DNA of 56,184 nt, the filler included, from Platydemus manokwari (lineage: Eukaryota): NCBI GenBank assembly GCA_037951405.1. It is 5 parts of 5 records of this genome, joined end to end, with 100 filler letters (N's around TTAATTAATTAA, not from the genome) between each part and the next. Parts side by side here need not be neighbours in the genome. Positions count along the whole stretch, not along the records: positions 1 to 11,550 come from JBBMOY010603327.1; positions 11,651 to 21,808 come from JBBMOY011162658.1; 3 more parts are not named here. One strand, 5' to 3'. The notes under the pieces were generated by a model. The model had not been told where the DNA came from and made no database searches. It was given only the letters and a program-made list of their open reading frames with translations. This document shows positions 1 to 14,100 of this stretch, piece after piece (positions within the stretch are counted from its first letter, which is position 1; every line of letters begins with the position of its first letter). The translations under genes and the position numbers were made by a program.

Positions 1-2849
1 ATAAATAATAATAATATTTATTTAAATCTTGTTGAGTACCGAAATACCTCAAAGTAAATAATAATAAAAGTATATAATTTTTTTTCAAAATCTAGGCACT
101 AAAACCTCTTAAAATAAATGATTCTAAAAATAGATGAAATAAATTAATAATTCCAAAAATAGAACTAAAGATGCGTAGGAACTTAAAAATAGACTAAATA
201 AAATACAATAATAATAATAAAGATGATTAGTCTAAATAGAAAAGAATAGTATAGAATAAGAGTTATGGCTAAAAAATTAAGCCCATAACATTTGGTTCAA
301 AAAGCCCATTATTTCGAAAATCTCATTATTAGAAAAGTTCACTGTTGAAAATCAATCTTATTGATTACTTTTCTAAATCAAACAATATACACCCACAAAT
401 TAATCCACTTTTCTACGAAAATATTCTGTTGTCGATCGATCTGAGAATTCTTATTTGAATATTAGCAGACGAAAAAGTAGAAATTATTCTTGTGCAAAGT
501 TAGAAGTCTTAAGATCAATTAATTTAATCATTGCAATTAAAAGTGTCTTGAGAGTTGCCCAATCACTTTGTCAATAAAGCCTAAAACGCATTTAACCTTC
601 ATCATCTTATCTGTATAGTTGCCGGATTATTTAGGTTCCAACTATCTCAAAATCATATTAGAGGACTTAACAGGTTTCCGCATACGGGACTAATAAAATC
701 AAACAATAACATTAGCAGTTAAATAAATAATTCTAATTAATCTACATGGTTATTTGTTATTTGCATTTAAACAATATTGTCATATTATTGAACACATAAT
801 TTAATATTATTATATTTTGTTAATTTATTAATTTTATTTAAAATAAATTTTATTATTTCTTTACAGCGCCTTTGCAGTCAGACATGAGATAAATAACAAA
901 TAAAGAATTAGTTACGATCCAATTTTTTCTGAAACCCAAACAACTACGATACCAAACAATATTTACGATTGTTTAAACGAATTAAAATATTAAATAATTT
1001 GCGAGATAGGGAATTATCGATTATTTTAGTAGTTGACGCTGCATGTCAATTCAGTGGTAGGAAAACTTGTTACAAATGTTTCTAGCAACATTAGATATAT
1101 AAAATATGACAATCAGTAGTCAATTGCCATTACGACGAAATTAAGAAAAAAACTAATAGACTTCAGAAAATCGATTGGACGTTATCAAAAACAAGTTTTA
1201 TTGATAAAAATAATTTTTTGGAAAATCATGAACAATAAATTTATGGGTTGATAATTTTTAATTTATTGGAAAATCATAGAGAACCGTATGTAAAGAAAAG
1301 ATTAAATACACATCCATATTTTTATGAATTTATGTGAATTATTTTCGAAAGGTAATTTTTTCAATATTTTTATTTGTTAATATTAATTTAAAATATAATT
1401 AAATTTTAAAAATTATTCTTGTGATATGAAATACAAATAGAAAATTATTCTTCTGAGAGTAATGAATTTCGACAAAGCAAGTTGTAGATGATGATATAAA
1501 AACTGCTATTGTCGTTGTTAGCAAAGATAATGGAATTAACAATGGTAATATTCTTTGTGAAAAGATTAGACATGTTGAATCCGAAGAAAACATTGTCTCA
1601 AGATATTAATTAAGTTTAAAAAATTATTCTTTTGAAACTTTATTTTTTAGATTAACAAATCATTATGTACGAAGAACCGGAATTTCAACAACAGATGGAT
1701 TATCAAAATTTATCACATCAGATCAATTAGATCATAAAAATACTGCTCATTTATAATGAAAGGAGTATAATTAAATCAAATGAGAAGCAAAGACAATTTA
1801 ATAGAAAATTTAGGTAAAAAGTGTATTTATCAACTTCCAAAACAACGGGGATATAATTTCAAATTCAAAAATATTTTATATAATTCATTCACCACACAAA
1901 TTCCAAGAAAATTAAATAATCGAGAACAACAAAAATGGAAAAAAATCAGATGATAGGATATATGAAAGCTATGGAGGAGCAATAAGTATGCATAATTTAA
2001 ATAGCGGAGTAATCTGTCAAATAGCGATAAGAAAAGCAAAAAGTACTAAAACTATGATTGTCCAAACACTAGCAATGCTTAGAAAAGTGTTTATAAAAAT
2101 ATTTCAGATCAATTACAAATTAAATGGAGATAGTTGGAGTGTTTAAATGTTAGAATGCATATCAATGAACATTAGTATAAGGATCAATGAATCAGGAAGT
2201 TGGAAAAGATCAAATAATTCATAAAAAGTAACCTTGCGATGATAATTCATAAAGAACAAGGTCATTAAGATAAAGATCTTATTAAAAATATAAATTAAAT
2301 AACATTAATATCCAAACAAGAGGCAATAAAACAAAAAGCAGTCGAAAGAGAAACTACAAAACCCTTAGTTTGTAATGCAAATGAAATTATCCTAGTAATG
2401 ATAATAATAGGAGTAATAAAAACCAGTGTAACCAAAATGATAGTGATGACTTTAAGCTTCAAATTGTACAAATTATTTTACTAAAAGAATAACCAACATT
2501 GGGAAATAAGTTTATAGCAATTATAGAAAAGGAATATGTATATAGTAAAAAAAATAATAGTTAAAAAATATGCTATTTTGTTGTAAAATAGTTAGTTTAT
2601 CGTTTAATAAGAACTGTGCACAGAATTTTCTGGTTAACAATTTTAATAAATCTATATAATAACAATATTAGTGCAGGAATAAAAAATAACAGTGGAAATA
2701 ATATTGTAAATATTAAAAAATCAACTAGTAATTCAACCAAATATCCCTACCAGTTAAAAAACCAAATAAAATTAAAGAAAAATGAGACCAATCAAAAATT
2801 TCCCAATGGGAAAATAGAAGATCTAACCAATAAAATTTCACCCTTACAA

Positions 2850-4070
2850 ACTTATACAAGTCGATTTCCTTTACCAGAGAACATCATTTGTCAACTTCGA
2901 TCAATTAACAGCAAATCCTGTATTTATTTTCATAGTTCTGTAGTTGTAGTTAAGGGAAACATGAGTATTAAAGAAATTAACAGTAACGTCATAAGAAATT
3001 ATTCAAGACATTCTATAATTCTAAAAAAGCTAACAAGAAAAAGAAGAAAGATGAATTTCTATGATACAACGGAAATTCCTAACTCGTTAAAAGCAGCCTC
3101 TCAAGACGAGCGAGCAACAACAGTGTTGCAACCAAAGGGAAATTTATATTCAAAGAGATACTTGAAGATGTGGAGTTTGAGTATGAACACATCATCTTGC
3201 ATACTCACACCACAACAGTGGGGATCAGATTGAAATCCAAGGAAATTAAATTAAAGCTATTTTCGTCGGCTCACACGTATTTGCAGAAAGTACATCATAC
3301 ACGGACTAATTTTGATAAAGTTCAAATAATCTCGTCAGACTTACCAGCGACAATAATTGTGGAGAAAATTAGGAAGAATCAAAATCTTCTCATGAAATTC
3401 CGAAAACCAAGCACATTCAACACTAACAAACGAGTGAAAATTCCGTTCGACTATGGAAAAAGCTATTTGTCATTATGCGCAGTCATTAATAGCACAAGAA
3501 GAGAAGTATTGCGTCGTTTATTTAGACGCCTGGTTAGCAACAGATTTCAATGGGAAAAACACCAGTGTAAGTAATCCTTGAAATTGAATGTTGTCTCAGA
3601 GGCGAAATTAAGCATTAAATTTGTCTGTTAAACCCATATGAACCCACTGCCCTTACGAAAAGTTGCCATTTCCAATTACAATTAGTTAGTGGTAAGTTAC
3701 CCATTTTTTGTGAAGTAATTTTGTTTCCCTTAAGAAAAAATGTTCTCAATGAAGGGAATAAATAACAGTAAGAATAGCAATACAAATGTTACAAGAAGTC
3801 AATAAAATTATGATCATGATCATAACTGAAGACGCAAATGAACAACCGCACAGAGTGGTTGAGAAGAAGGAGGGCATAGCATCACAAATGAATGATAATT
3901 TTGCGATTTTAGAATCTCGAGATGTTGACAGAGGTGCGATAGTGGGATGAAAGCTATCAAACATTTGAGGAAATCGAGAGGCAGAAAGCAACAGAAAGGT
4001 ATCGGCAAACCACTTAATGAATTTCTAGCAGCCAGTTAAAAAGACGCGTGATGGCACGCTTTCACAATCC
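2850..4070 (+). mobile_element. Degenerate Ty3/Gypsy LTR-retrotransposon pol remnant (RT-RNase H)
   Basis: Frame-broken motifs occur in Gypsy order: STFNT..KRVKIPFDYG (~KTAF.T..MPFGL), YCVVYLDA (~VYLDD, ~3507-3530), ITEDANE (~TDAS), AIV..IKHL, KPL, and R.MAR. Many stops and frameshifts are present. Confidence 0.6.
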
Positions 4071-4073
4071 TCC

Positions 4074-5802
4074 TGTAGTGATAGGGTTAGGAGAAAATGA
4101 ATTAAATCCAATAATTGTTGCACGAATACGAATTAACTTTCTCTTGTTCATATGTAAAAATCCCAATTTATATGGTAATCTAATACTTGTATCAATGCAT
4201 ATTTATTTCAGTTTATTTTTTATCACCAATATATAAAGGTTAATAAGATCCTGTTAAATATTTAAAGAAATTTAATAATAAATAAATAATAATTATTAAT
4301 AAACTCAAAGGATTAACCACTAATTAATTTTCCATAAAATATTAACCCGAGTTAAATAGAAATTAAACCCTGATAAACAGGAAATAACAAACATTTATTT
4401 CACCCAGTAATAAAATCACCTATTCATAAAAATTTTATTGAATAGAATTAAATAACCCGTATTTGTCTACCAACCAATACCTCATTAATATAATGTTCCA
4501 TTGAATAAAATTAAACAATAGTCTTTTGTTAAAAATAATAATAATTAATTTATTCATTGGAAACCCCTATTGTAAACACAATAGCATTAAATGAACAAAA
4601 TAATCCTATTGAAGTAAAATAATACGCATATATTTATAAGGAAAATACCGCCAAGTAAATAATAGTATAAATAGGCTGATAAAAGTTAGCTTCTTGAAGT
4701 CTGTTACAACAAACAAATCCAGCCTATCCAAATTATTCAAAAGCCCATAACTAAACATTCAGTTGCATAAGCCATCAAACCAATAAGCATTGTCATCAAT
4801 CATTATCACTCACAAACAAAATATATTTTATTAAAAATTAATGTCTTATATTTCAGATATGGACGATAAGCAGACGCAAAAGGCTACACACCCCAACCTA
4901 TTTTATCGAGGAATCCAACAATCCATAATCACGGGCACCAGTCACAACATAGTAATAAGAAAATATGCACGGGTAGAAGAAATACCCAACAAAATATAAT
5001 AGGACCCTAATAATTGTGCATTCCATAACACAGACTAGATTTCGACTTGGAGAATTAATATTAAATAATCCCGGGGAGACCCATCACATAGTCATACATA
5101 CGGTGACCCCAAGAATCACCATAAACTGGGGGCTGATGAATAGAATTAAAAAACCCGTATTTGTCTACCAGCCAATACCTCAATTATATAATATTCCATT
5201 GAATAAAATTAAACAAGTCTTTTGTTAGTTTTAACGATAATTAATTTCATTCAATGAAAACCCTATTGTAAATACAATAGCATTAAATAAACAAAATAAT
5301 CCTATTGAAATAAAGTAATACGCATATATTTATAAGGAAAATACCCTCAAGTAAATAATAGTATAAATAGGCTGACAAAAATTAGTTTCTTGAAACGTCT
5401 TATACAACCAACAAATCTAGTCTATCCAAATTATTCAAAAGCCCATAACTCAACATTCAGTTGCATAAGCCATCAAGTCAGTCAAATACCTGGAAAATCA
5501 ATTTGATGTTGATATTTTTTGAGAAGATTTTTCAATCCAATGTCGACATGAAGATCAGTAAGCCTTATTCGTTGCAAAATCATCAGCTATTTACTTTAAC
5601 AAACGCATATTTTTCAGATTGATCCCAAAGCTCTTGAACAATTGATGAGGACAAAGGTTACTACAGCTACTATTTCTTTATTTCAATTCTATTACCAACG
5701 TGCAACTGCCCTAGTTGTCACGAATTAAAATTAATAATAACAAAACATAAATAATTCTCCGGTTCTTATTTTTTAAATTTCAAAATAAATGTGTTTACTA
5801 CA
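4074..5802. mobile_element. Candidate solo LTR / LTR-like insertion (right end 5665 or 5802)
   Basis: Begins TGTAGTGA where the pol similarity stops. TTACTACA (7/8 inverted match) occurs ending at 5665 and at 5802. Only imperfect target-site duplications are seen (ctcc/ctct). Confidence 0.35.
4439..5476. repeat. Direct repeat of ~340 bp (4439-4778 and 5137-5476) separated by a ~358 bp spacer
   Basis: Both copies read TGAATAGAATTAAA.AACCCGTATTTGTCTACCA...GTTGCATAAGCCATCAA with high but imperfect identity. Confidence 0.9.
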
Positions 5803-7179
5803 CTCTTTATATACTATTTAAATTACAACACATTTTGCATCAACTTTGTTTATATTATCTCACCGATGTTATCAAAATCTAGCCATTGATACTGACACAC
5901 AAATAGATCATTTTCATCAAAATATTAATTAATATCAACTAGTTACTCTGCTTTCCAAAGACTTCTTTTTGCGTTTTACAACCAACATTATTCATGATAA
6001 ACTGATATTAGCACTACAAAGTCAACATTTGGAAAATTGAATGGAATCTTGTTTATTTTTATTATTTACTTACCTCATTCTAAAATGATATCTGATAAGA
6101 TTTTTCGTGATTAGTATTTTTGGAAACATAGATATCAATAGTAATAAATAATAATATATATAATTATTTAAAAATTTCAAAAATAATAATTTTTCACAAA
6201 TGTTAACTATTCTTAATATTAGTAAACTTAATAAACTGTCATCAATCTCCATTAGGGGATTAGTTGGAAGCCATTGAATCATAACATCCGAAAAGTCGAT
6301 AACGAATTTGTAGAAGTCTAAAATAAATATTTTTTTTAGTTTTATTCAGAATAGGGAACACATAGACCCTCCACCGATTTTAATTCCTTAAGGACACGAC
6401 ACTTATCCTTTTCATTATTTATCACAGTTATCAATTGTATATTTTATCGCTAATATATTATTTTATTGTACGAATTATTTTATTATCTATTTATCGAACA
6501 CAACCTAATTTTCTGTTAGGAATACCAATTATCTACTTTTGATGGACCCAAATTAAATTAAGATTTAAATCATTGAAGATAACTTATTGATTTAAATCAA
6601 TTTCATTTGTCACTTTAAAATCCCATCGGTATAAAGACGTGATAGATATATTATGAATAAATAATTCTCAAATCAAACGAATACAAACTTAATGAGCAAA
6701 GATTAATTTTTGAAAATGAAATGGAAAAAAGTTAAAATTACTAAATTAAATGAACAATTAGTATTCACGATTTCTGTTGCACTATAGTAAATAGTTTTAA
6801 TGCTGATTCAATCTTCTTATTATAAAGCAATTGTTAAATCATTTAGAAAGTCAAATTTTTTAACTAAAATCGACTTATAAAACTCATCTCGCAATTTGTT
6901 GGGTGCTGCAGAGAGCTACTTGTTTTAATCAGACTGTTGTATATTAACATTCAATATTTATATTTCATTTAATTTGCATGAATATTTGAGGTTAAGTGTA
7001 AATTCTTGTAAATTATATTCTGCAAATTCTTAATCATAATTTTTTTATCTCCTATTCTTGTGAAATAATTCAGAAGTTAAAAAATAGATAATGGTAATAT
7101 TATAAATCTTAAATCATAGTTAAAAATATGGCATTAATAATAATTTAAATTTGAAATAATAACCTTAAGTAACCTTAAA

Positions 7180-8000
7180 ATCAGCATATTAATTGATTAT
7201 CAGATAATAGTGAAAATTAATCAGATATTCAACCGCATTTAAAATAATCTTTCCATTATTCTATGACCCAGTGACATAGTATATAAGGCCAGTAACATCT
7301 AGTGTTTTAGCCTGAAACCACTAATAACAAACTCTGGCTGATTTGAAGAAGGCAAAGTCAATTTTGCAGAGGCCTAGTCAAGATAATTTCGATACAAAAG
7401 TAAAATATTTTATGCCCTGTATTCCACAGGAAGAGAATATTCATACTCTAAATTGCCGACAATCGAAGTACACATAAGATCACTTAGTATAAAATTACAT
7501 ATTTGATTATTTAGCAGCATATTATCCACTATCTATATTTCTCCAATATTTTCTAAGAGGTTTATTGATCGTAAAAGCTTTTTTGAATTGTGGTACAAAC
7601 TACCAGACTTTAAGTGTATAAAAGTAGCTTTAAAATTCCTTTGTTGTATAAAATTAGTGAAATTATATTCTTTGTTACTGATCATAATAAACATTTTATT
7701 ATTCAAGTTTGATCATTTATTCAATTGGCATGTTGACAATAAAATCAAAAATTTTATTTATAATTTTGTTATTTTCAATCATCACCTTCTGGGAATATTT
7801 CAGTGTATTATTAGATTAAAAGAGATTGATAAGGATATCAATAAAAATATCGAGATAAGATAAGAATTAACAAGGGAATTTAAAATAATTATCTACGCCG
7901 TTCCACTTATCTCCATATAAGTTGTTTAATGTCAAGGAGAATAAAGACAAATTAGCTAAAGTTATATAACTGAAGGTCGAAATAAACCGAAACGTAACAA
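7180..8000 (+). mobile_element. Possible Penelope-like element 3' remnant with degenerate hammerhead motif
   Basis: Weak GIY-YIG-like residues (HTLNCRQSKY..IRSLSIKLH). CTGAAG-GTCGAAATAAACC-GAAACGTA at 7970-7996 resembles the minimal hammerheads of Penelope terminal repeats. Confidence 0.3.
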
Positions 8001-10479
8001 AAAGTAATAATATAGTAATAGTTAATTAATAATTAATAACAGTTAATCTAATAATTAAAATAAATAAAGTTAATTCACCTTACTTTATCTCTAGCGAGCT
8101 ACTGATACTAACTTTGTGATAAGGCCTGTTGGTAAAACATTTATGCTAATCGTTGTAAACGTTACGAAGAAACTTGGACAAAATCATCTGACACGACAAC
8201 AAATAATACAAAGAAACTCGAAGAAAACAATAACCGACAGCCATGGGGAACATCGATACCTCTTTCGCTCACAAATGTTTACATTAATTAATTGATTAAT
8301 TCGTATTTTTATTCTAGCAAATGCGCAAATAGAGAAACGCCAACCAGTTATCCAACCGGTGTGGACATATAACTGGAAAAGCTTTTGGGTAAGTATAATT
8401 GCCCATAGAGACCCTCCACAATATTATAGTGAAATACTAATACGAAATTATCACTGCAGCAGCACAATTCACTTATCAAGATGTATTTGAAAATTTATGG
8501 CCAAACAAAACCATACAACTACTCGCATACCGCAACTCGATAGTTATATTATAACTGAGTATGACAATGTCAGCATACAAACGTTACCATTTGATAAACA
8601 TATATTGGAAGAATGCTCCTTAATAATAGTAAGGTATTTACTGAAATCTAAAGGTAATTTTGCATACACCATCAAATATCGTTAAATTATTGAGTTTACT
8701 GTAACTGACTATCACAACAATAGGCAAGTACTACGTCAATAGTAAATTAATTCTGAATGTAATAGTAAAATTTAAATATCTGAGGCACAATCATTAAACT
8801 GTAAAAACTCAATCATGTAGTGATGAAAAATAATTGAGTTTTAACAAATTTTATTTAACAAAAAATGTAAAAATTAAAAACAGAACAAAACAATTGTTTA
8901 AATTGTACAACGCTTCACGAAGGTTATTTATTAAGATTATCTAATTTGGTTATGATAAAACCGAATGGAAAAGGATTTTAATTTAATATTAAGATAATTT
9001 AAACATAGAACATTAATAGTAAAATTGTTGTGCATCCATCTCAACAACAATAAATGAATCATTACAATATTGACAAAACAGTCTCACTAATCAATAATTG
9101 ATTCGTAATCAAATTACTCAAAATCTCAAATAATTCACAATAGAGAAATCTAAAAATAAACTATAGGAAAAAAACCTTTTTAATAAATTAATTTGTAAAT
9201 TAAACATTGTTTTTATCAAAAATTATATTATTTTTATTATTATATGTAAAGGAAGTAAAAATAAAATAGACGATATAATCGGAAGTCTGATCATAGACGA
9301 TGATCAAAGACGCAAAACGTGATTAAATGAACTGAAAATTATGGCAATAGAAAGTGACTCAATTATTATACGTAAGGAAATTAAAATAAATTATAAGACA
9401 CACAAAAGAGCCACAGAATAAAACAAGGCGAGAAATTCAAGATAGCCTACATTGAACCGCATTTCAAACTTCATGAATGAAGGAAATAATTGCCTATAAG
9501 AACAGAAACTCTTCTGATAATGGAATGTTAAATACAGCTTAAAATATCTAGACATGTTCATTAGTTGAAAACAGCCATTGAAAAATTCCTATTTAATTTT
9601 AATATAATATTATGAATCCGAACATCTTATTAGAGAAAAATGAAATTTCTGTAGAACAGTTAGTACAAACTAAACATGGTCAAATAAAAAATCGTACCTT
9701 AACATAACATTACTAAACTTTACAATTTCAAAATTCAAAATAAAGCAATTTCTATCAATTCATTAAATTTGTAAATATGTTAAAATTTGTCTTTATTGAA
9801 ATAACTCCATGAACATTATTTGAAACCGATGTCCTCATGGTTGACAATATTCTGTAGCATTTTTCCCTAGACAATTTTTAACCATAACATTGCTCCAGAT
9901 TGTTATTATTGCAATAGTCTGGAGCATTTTTGATCGGGATAATTTAGAGGGGTTAGTCGTGTAACTTACATTTGTATTTGCAGAGCAATTGTTTAAATTC
10001 GTTGTTTATAGAAAAATAATTTAATTCAAATTTTTTTCTGATCATTCATATTTTTGAGGACTCCGAAAATAATTTAAATTATTTAAAAATATTTTAGCCT
10101 AAAAAAATTATGTTAACAATTTTTTGTACTTTTTGGTAACTTTAAAAAATTTCTTTTATAAGTTAAAAATTATTACATTACAAATTATCATATAAGACTT
10201 CAAGAATAATTTTTTTATGTCGATCAATACCTCAATTTCCATTATTTCTCAGCGCATAATAACTTTGATAAATTAAAAATATATTTTTTTGAAAAATATT
10301 TTTTAAGTTTTTATTTAGAATTTTTATATCAATTTACACGATTTTTGAACATTATTATAAGTATAAAGTCTTTGAACATGTGGAAATGGGGTAAAATTTT
10401 TAAACGGGCTTTCAAAAGTTAGGCATGATGATTAATTAAAAAATTTATGTAAACAGAGAATATTAACAAAATTTCATAA

Positions 10480-11500
10480 ATATATCAGAATAAATTATAA
10501 TTTACAATTTCAATTTCAATCGAAAGGCATAGTCAGCTGAAACAACTTGTCAAATCAAACATCAAAATTTGTTATGCCCTAACATCAATTAAATCAATTT
10601 CATATATTAAATAATTATATTACTTGTATAAAAATATTAATTATAACTCGAGTAATATAGGTGATAAATTTGATAATGGAAATAGATGGAACAACAATGG
10701 AACTCCCACTTACTTAGACAACCTAGATACATCTAATTTCCTGATAGTATCAAATCACTGATTGAAATTCATGAAAACATAATAATTTTCTATTAAAATT
10801 CTACAAAAATATAGACATCACAAGTGCAGAAAGACTTAATTAAATAATATATTCCAAATATAGAAATAGATCTACAGAAAAGACACTGTATCATTTAAAA
10901 ATCAATTGGCACTAGCTAGAGTAAATGAGCGGGGAATACTGCATGATTCTTAATTATTAGAGGACATACAATATGGACTGTATGTATTGAAAACTAAAAA
11001 ATCAATATTCTAAAAAATCAAAAAACTAATTATTTATTTATCAAAATCTTATTTAAGTTTAATGTACAATGCTCTTATTAATCCAGACAGTTAGTTATTA
11101 TTTCTAATAAATATTATCTGCAGACACTATACATTAATCTATATTTGGAAAATCAAAAAAGCAAGCAAATTGTACTTCTAGCAATCGAATGTACTACATA
11201 TTAGAAGCTCAACATCGACGAAGCTATCCACAAACTTAAACATAAAGCTAGAATTCTCAATGTCATTAGGAGCATTCGTCATTGATACTCTAGCACAACA
11301 ACAGATCAATTAAATATGATATTGAAACAACTCCCATAAAACATCAGTCCTAAAGAATTACCTTACAAATTAGATAATAACAAATATTACGCACGATTCG
11401 AAAATCAAACCTTATAAGCTATAATCGAAAATGTTCTATAATGCTAAGACAAAGAAAACTCATGAAAATAAAAGGTTAAATTAAATTTAATAAGTTTAAT
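10480..11500 (+). mobile_element. Penelope-like reverse transcriptase remnant
   Basis: EIDGTTMELPL at ~10679-10711 (~QIDGVAMGSPL) is followed by KFYKNIDIT (~YxRYVDD region). Heavily decayed. Confidence 0.5.
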
Positions 11501-11550
11501 TCAGTCGTAGTGTATCAATCATGCTCATAATTAACTATGATATGAACTAA

Positions 11551-11650
11551 NNNNNNNNNNNNNNNNNNNNNNNNNNNNNNNNNNNNNNNNNNNNTTAATT
11601 AATTAANNNNNNNNNNNNNNNNNNNNNNNNNNNNNNNNNNNNNNNNNNNN
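11551..11650. other. Artificial contig linker N44-TTAATTAATTAA-N44
   Basis: An identical 100-bp construct occurs four times. TTAATTAATTAA is palindromic and gives stops in all six frames. Confidence 0.98.
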
Positions 11651-13179
11651 ATGTTTAAATGATTTGGTAAAACAAAAACTTTAAACAACTAAAAAACATG
11701 AATAACTTTTGACTCAGCCTAATAATTTGGTTCTATAATTTCTTAAGTCTAATAATCGATTTTTCAATTTATTTTTGAATAAGGTAACTAAAATGATTTA
11801 ATAATTCAAATAATCTGAAGACAACATCTTTTTGATTCTTTGGTTGAAAAATATAAAATAATTATTTATTTAATAAACATTGAATTTTAGAATAATTTTG
11901 GCAAATTAAAATTTCAAAAACTTTACTAGACAGAATACTGAAGTTCCTCCGGGCATTAGCCTAACGATCACAGGGTGTCAATTTGTTGTCAAAAGTTTTC
12001 TCCTTTCAATATACAATTAATTCGTATCTAATGACTTTTGTTTTGAGCCTAGTGTATCCATCATTTCTAAAGGACTCTCCACGATTATTATAAGATCAAA
12101 TATTTTACCAAGGTGCTAAGTCACCCAAGCTAAAATGCCCATTGCTTTAAACTTGATATTGGATGTGAATGCATATAATAGATATTTTATTTATAACATT
12201 TTGTCCAAAGACTAACATTTTCAAGATGTAATCATTCGTTTCTCACGCTTCAATTACAAAACCATTTTTTGCCTTTGTACAGATGCCTTAAACTCTTCAT
12301 ACATTTACGATTTCATTGGGCACTTAAATTCAACCAGAAACATTGTAGAGGTCCTGTGATTATGAATTTATAAATTGATTCATGAGCTTTACAATGCGTT
12401 TACTACTCTATTTCATAAAGACATTTCTGAAATTTATATTCTGCATATAGTTTTCGGTAAGAGCATGCACTGTGTCTGATTTAGCTTAATTTAGAAATTT
12501 AAAGTCCATAATCGTGAATCCAACGCCAAACATTAATTTAACACATACTTGGCTGATTCATGTATTTTTTGTATTAGCAAATTGATTTTACAAGTTCTCA
12601 TAAAACATTGACTTTAGAGTTTTTGAATTTCTTTGAATTTTCGATTTCCAACAATAGCACTTTCCTGCGTGGATTAAGTTATATTTTGATAAACTCTAAA
12701 AGTAATTTCACTAGTTTCGATAAAAAAACTGATTGTTGTTTGAATTTTTATCCCTTTCTGATTTTGCCCAACCATGTTATTCTCTTGGGTGTTTCTCTTC
12801 TATGTAAATTTAGCCAAATATGGGCATCGCCGAGACTTTAATGACTTACCATTAATGAAGTTTGATTTTTCAAACGATCCAATTACTATTTACTTAACCA
12901 TCTGATATCGACTTGATACCATGTTAACAAATCGATTGAATTCTTTGAAAGAGCCCAATAAGTAGCAAAGTAGTAAAATATAAAGTAAAGGTAATAATAA
13001 AATTTAATGAAAATAGTTAATGAAAATAGAATTATTAAAAGTGAAAATTAACATAGGAAAATAATTTAAAATAAAATTATAATTATTAAAAATAAATACC
13101 AAGAAGAAATAATAAATAAATAAATAAAATATTTAAAAATAGAAATTATAATTTGTTTTAACGAGTTAAAAAATGAAAA

Positions 13180-14100
13180 TAGGAATAACTCCCTCGCTTA
13201 GGCATGCAGACTGAGGGTAGGAAATTTTAAGTTTACTAAAGAATTGGGCAACCAGTAGCTGGCTGGCAAACAGTTTAAAACTGAGTCAAAGTGAAAAGAA
13301 ACCAGGCAGCAATCTATTGAAAGAAGAATTTGGATTATTTTGGAAGATATTGATGAAGATTAACAGAGCATTGAAGTAAAAAATATAGATTTTATTCAAG
13401 GACATTGTCGAATCTATCAGGTTATTTTGTATTTGCTAATTATCTTAGTCTCAGTAAATATTCGAGGACGCTGTACCAGAATATCAGTATTGTTGTATAA
13501 TGTTTCCGTGACCATAGTCGCTCATGCTACTAAGTAGTATAGGCCAGGAGTAGCTCTTTGGCGGGTATCCAAATTTTGTGCACGGACTAGATCCGTATTT
13601 AACTGATTTTATATTTATAAGTTGGATCCTTATGTACAATTTTGCTGTATATAAAAATTCTAAAGTGTTGTGTACAAAAGAATTGAAGGTTGTAATTTTT
13701 ATTTCACTTAATCATTTTCTAATCAGTACGTCATAAACGACTCTAATATTCTAAAAATGGTCCATCAATCAATCCAAAACAAAGTCACAATATTCGTTTT
13801 TCAATTTAAAGTTGGCCATCTTTACATTATTACTTATATTTGAGATTTGTGTATAATCTGTGTATCACATTCTAAATTTGATCTTTTATTTCTCAAGTTC
13901 CAAATTTATGTATTGATTTTGTGTGCTCTGCATGGGTCAATGCCTAGGTGTGTGTTACTGTGTAGTTATGTCCATTTTCTAATTATAATCTTTTATTTAA
14001 ATATTTTCTGATTGGCTGGTTGATATGCCTGTATGGTTGTGTAGGAATCCAAATGCTGGAAGTACTAAAATAATGGGTCCAGATTGCAAAATCGTTTTTT
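13180..14100 (-). mobile_element. Decayed LINE (CR1/L2-like) RT C-terminal remnant and 3' end
   Basis: Minus-strand residues DPCRAHKINT*IWNL (~FDxVxHxxL) and KLYIRIQL..YG (~LY..IRP.L.Y), plus a GC-richer 3' tail at 13189-13220. Confidence 0.35.

Noticed and set aside
2616-3574. 205-aa and 134-aa ORFs as host genes
   Set aside because: Low-complexity, frame-hopping remnants of a Gypsy pol rather than intact genes.
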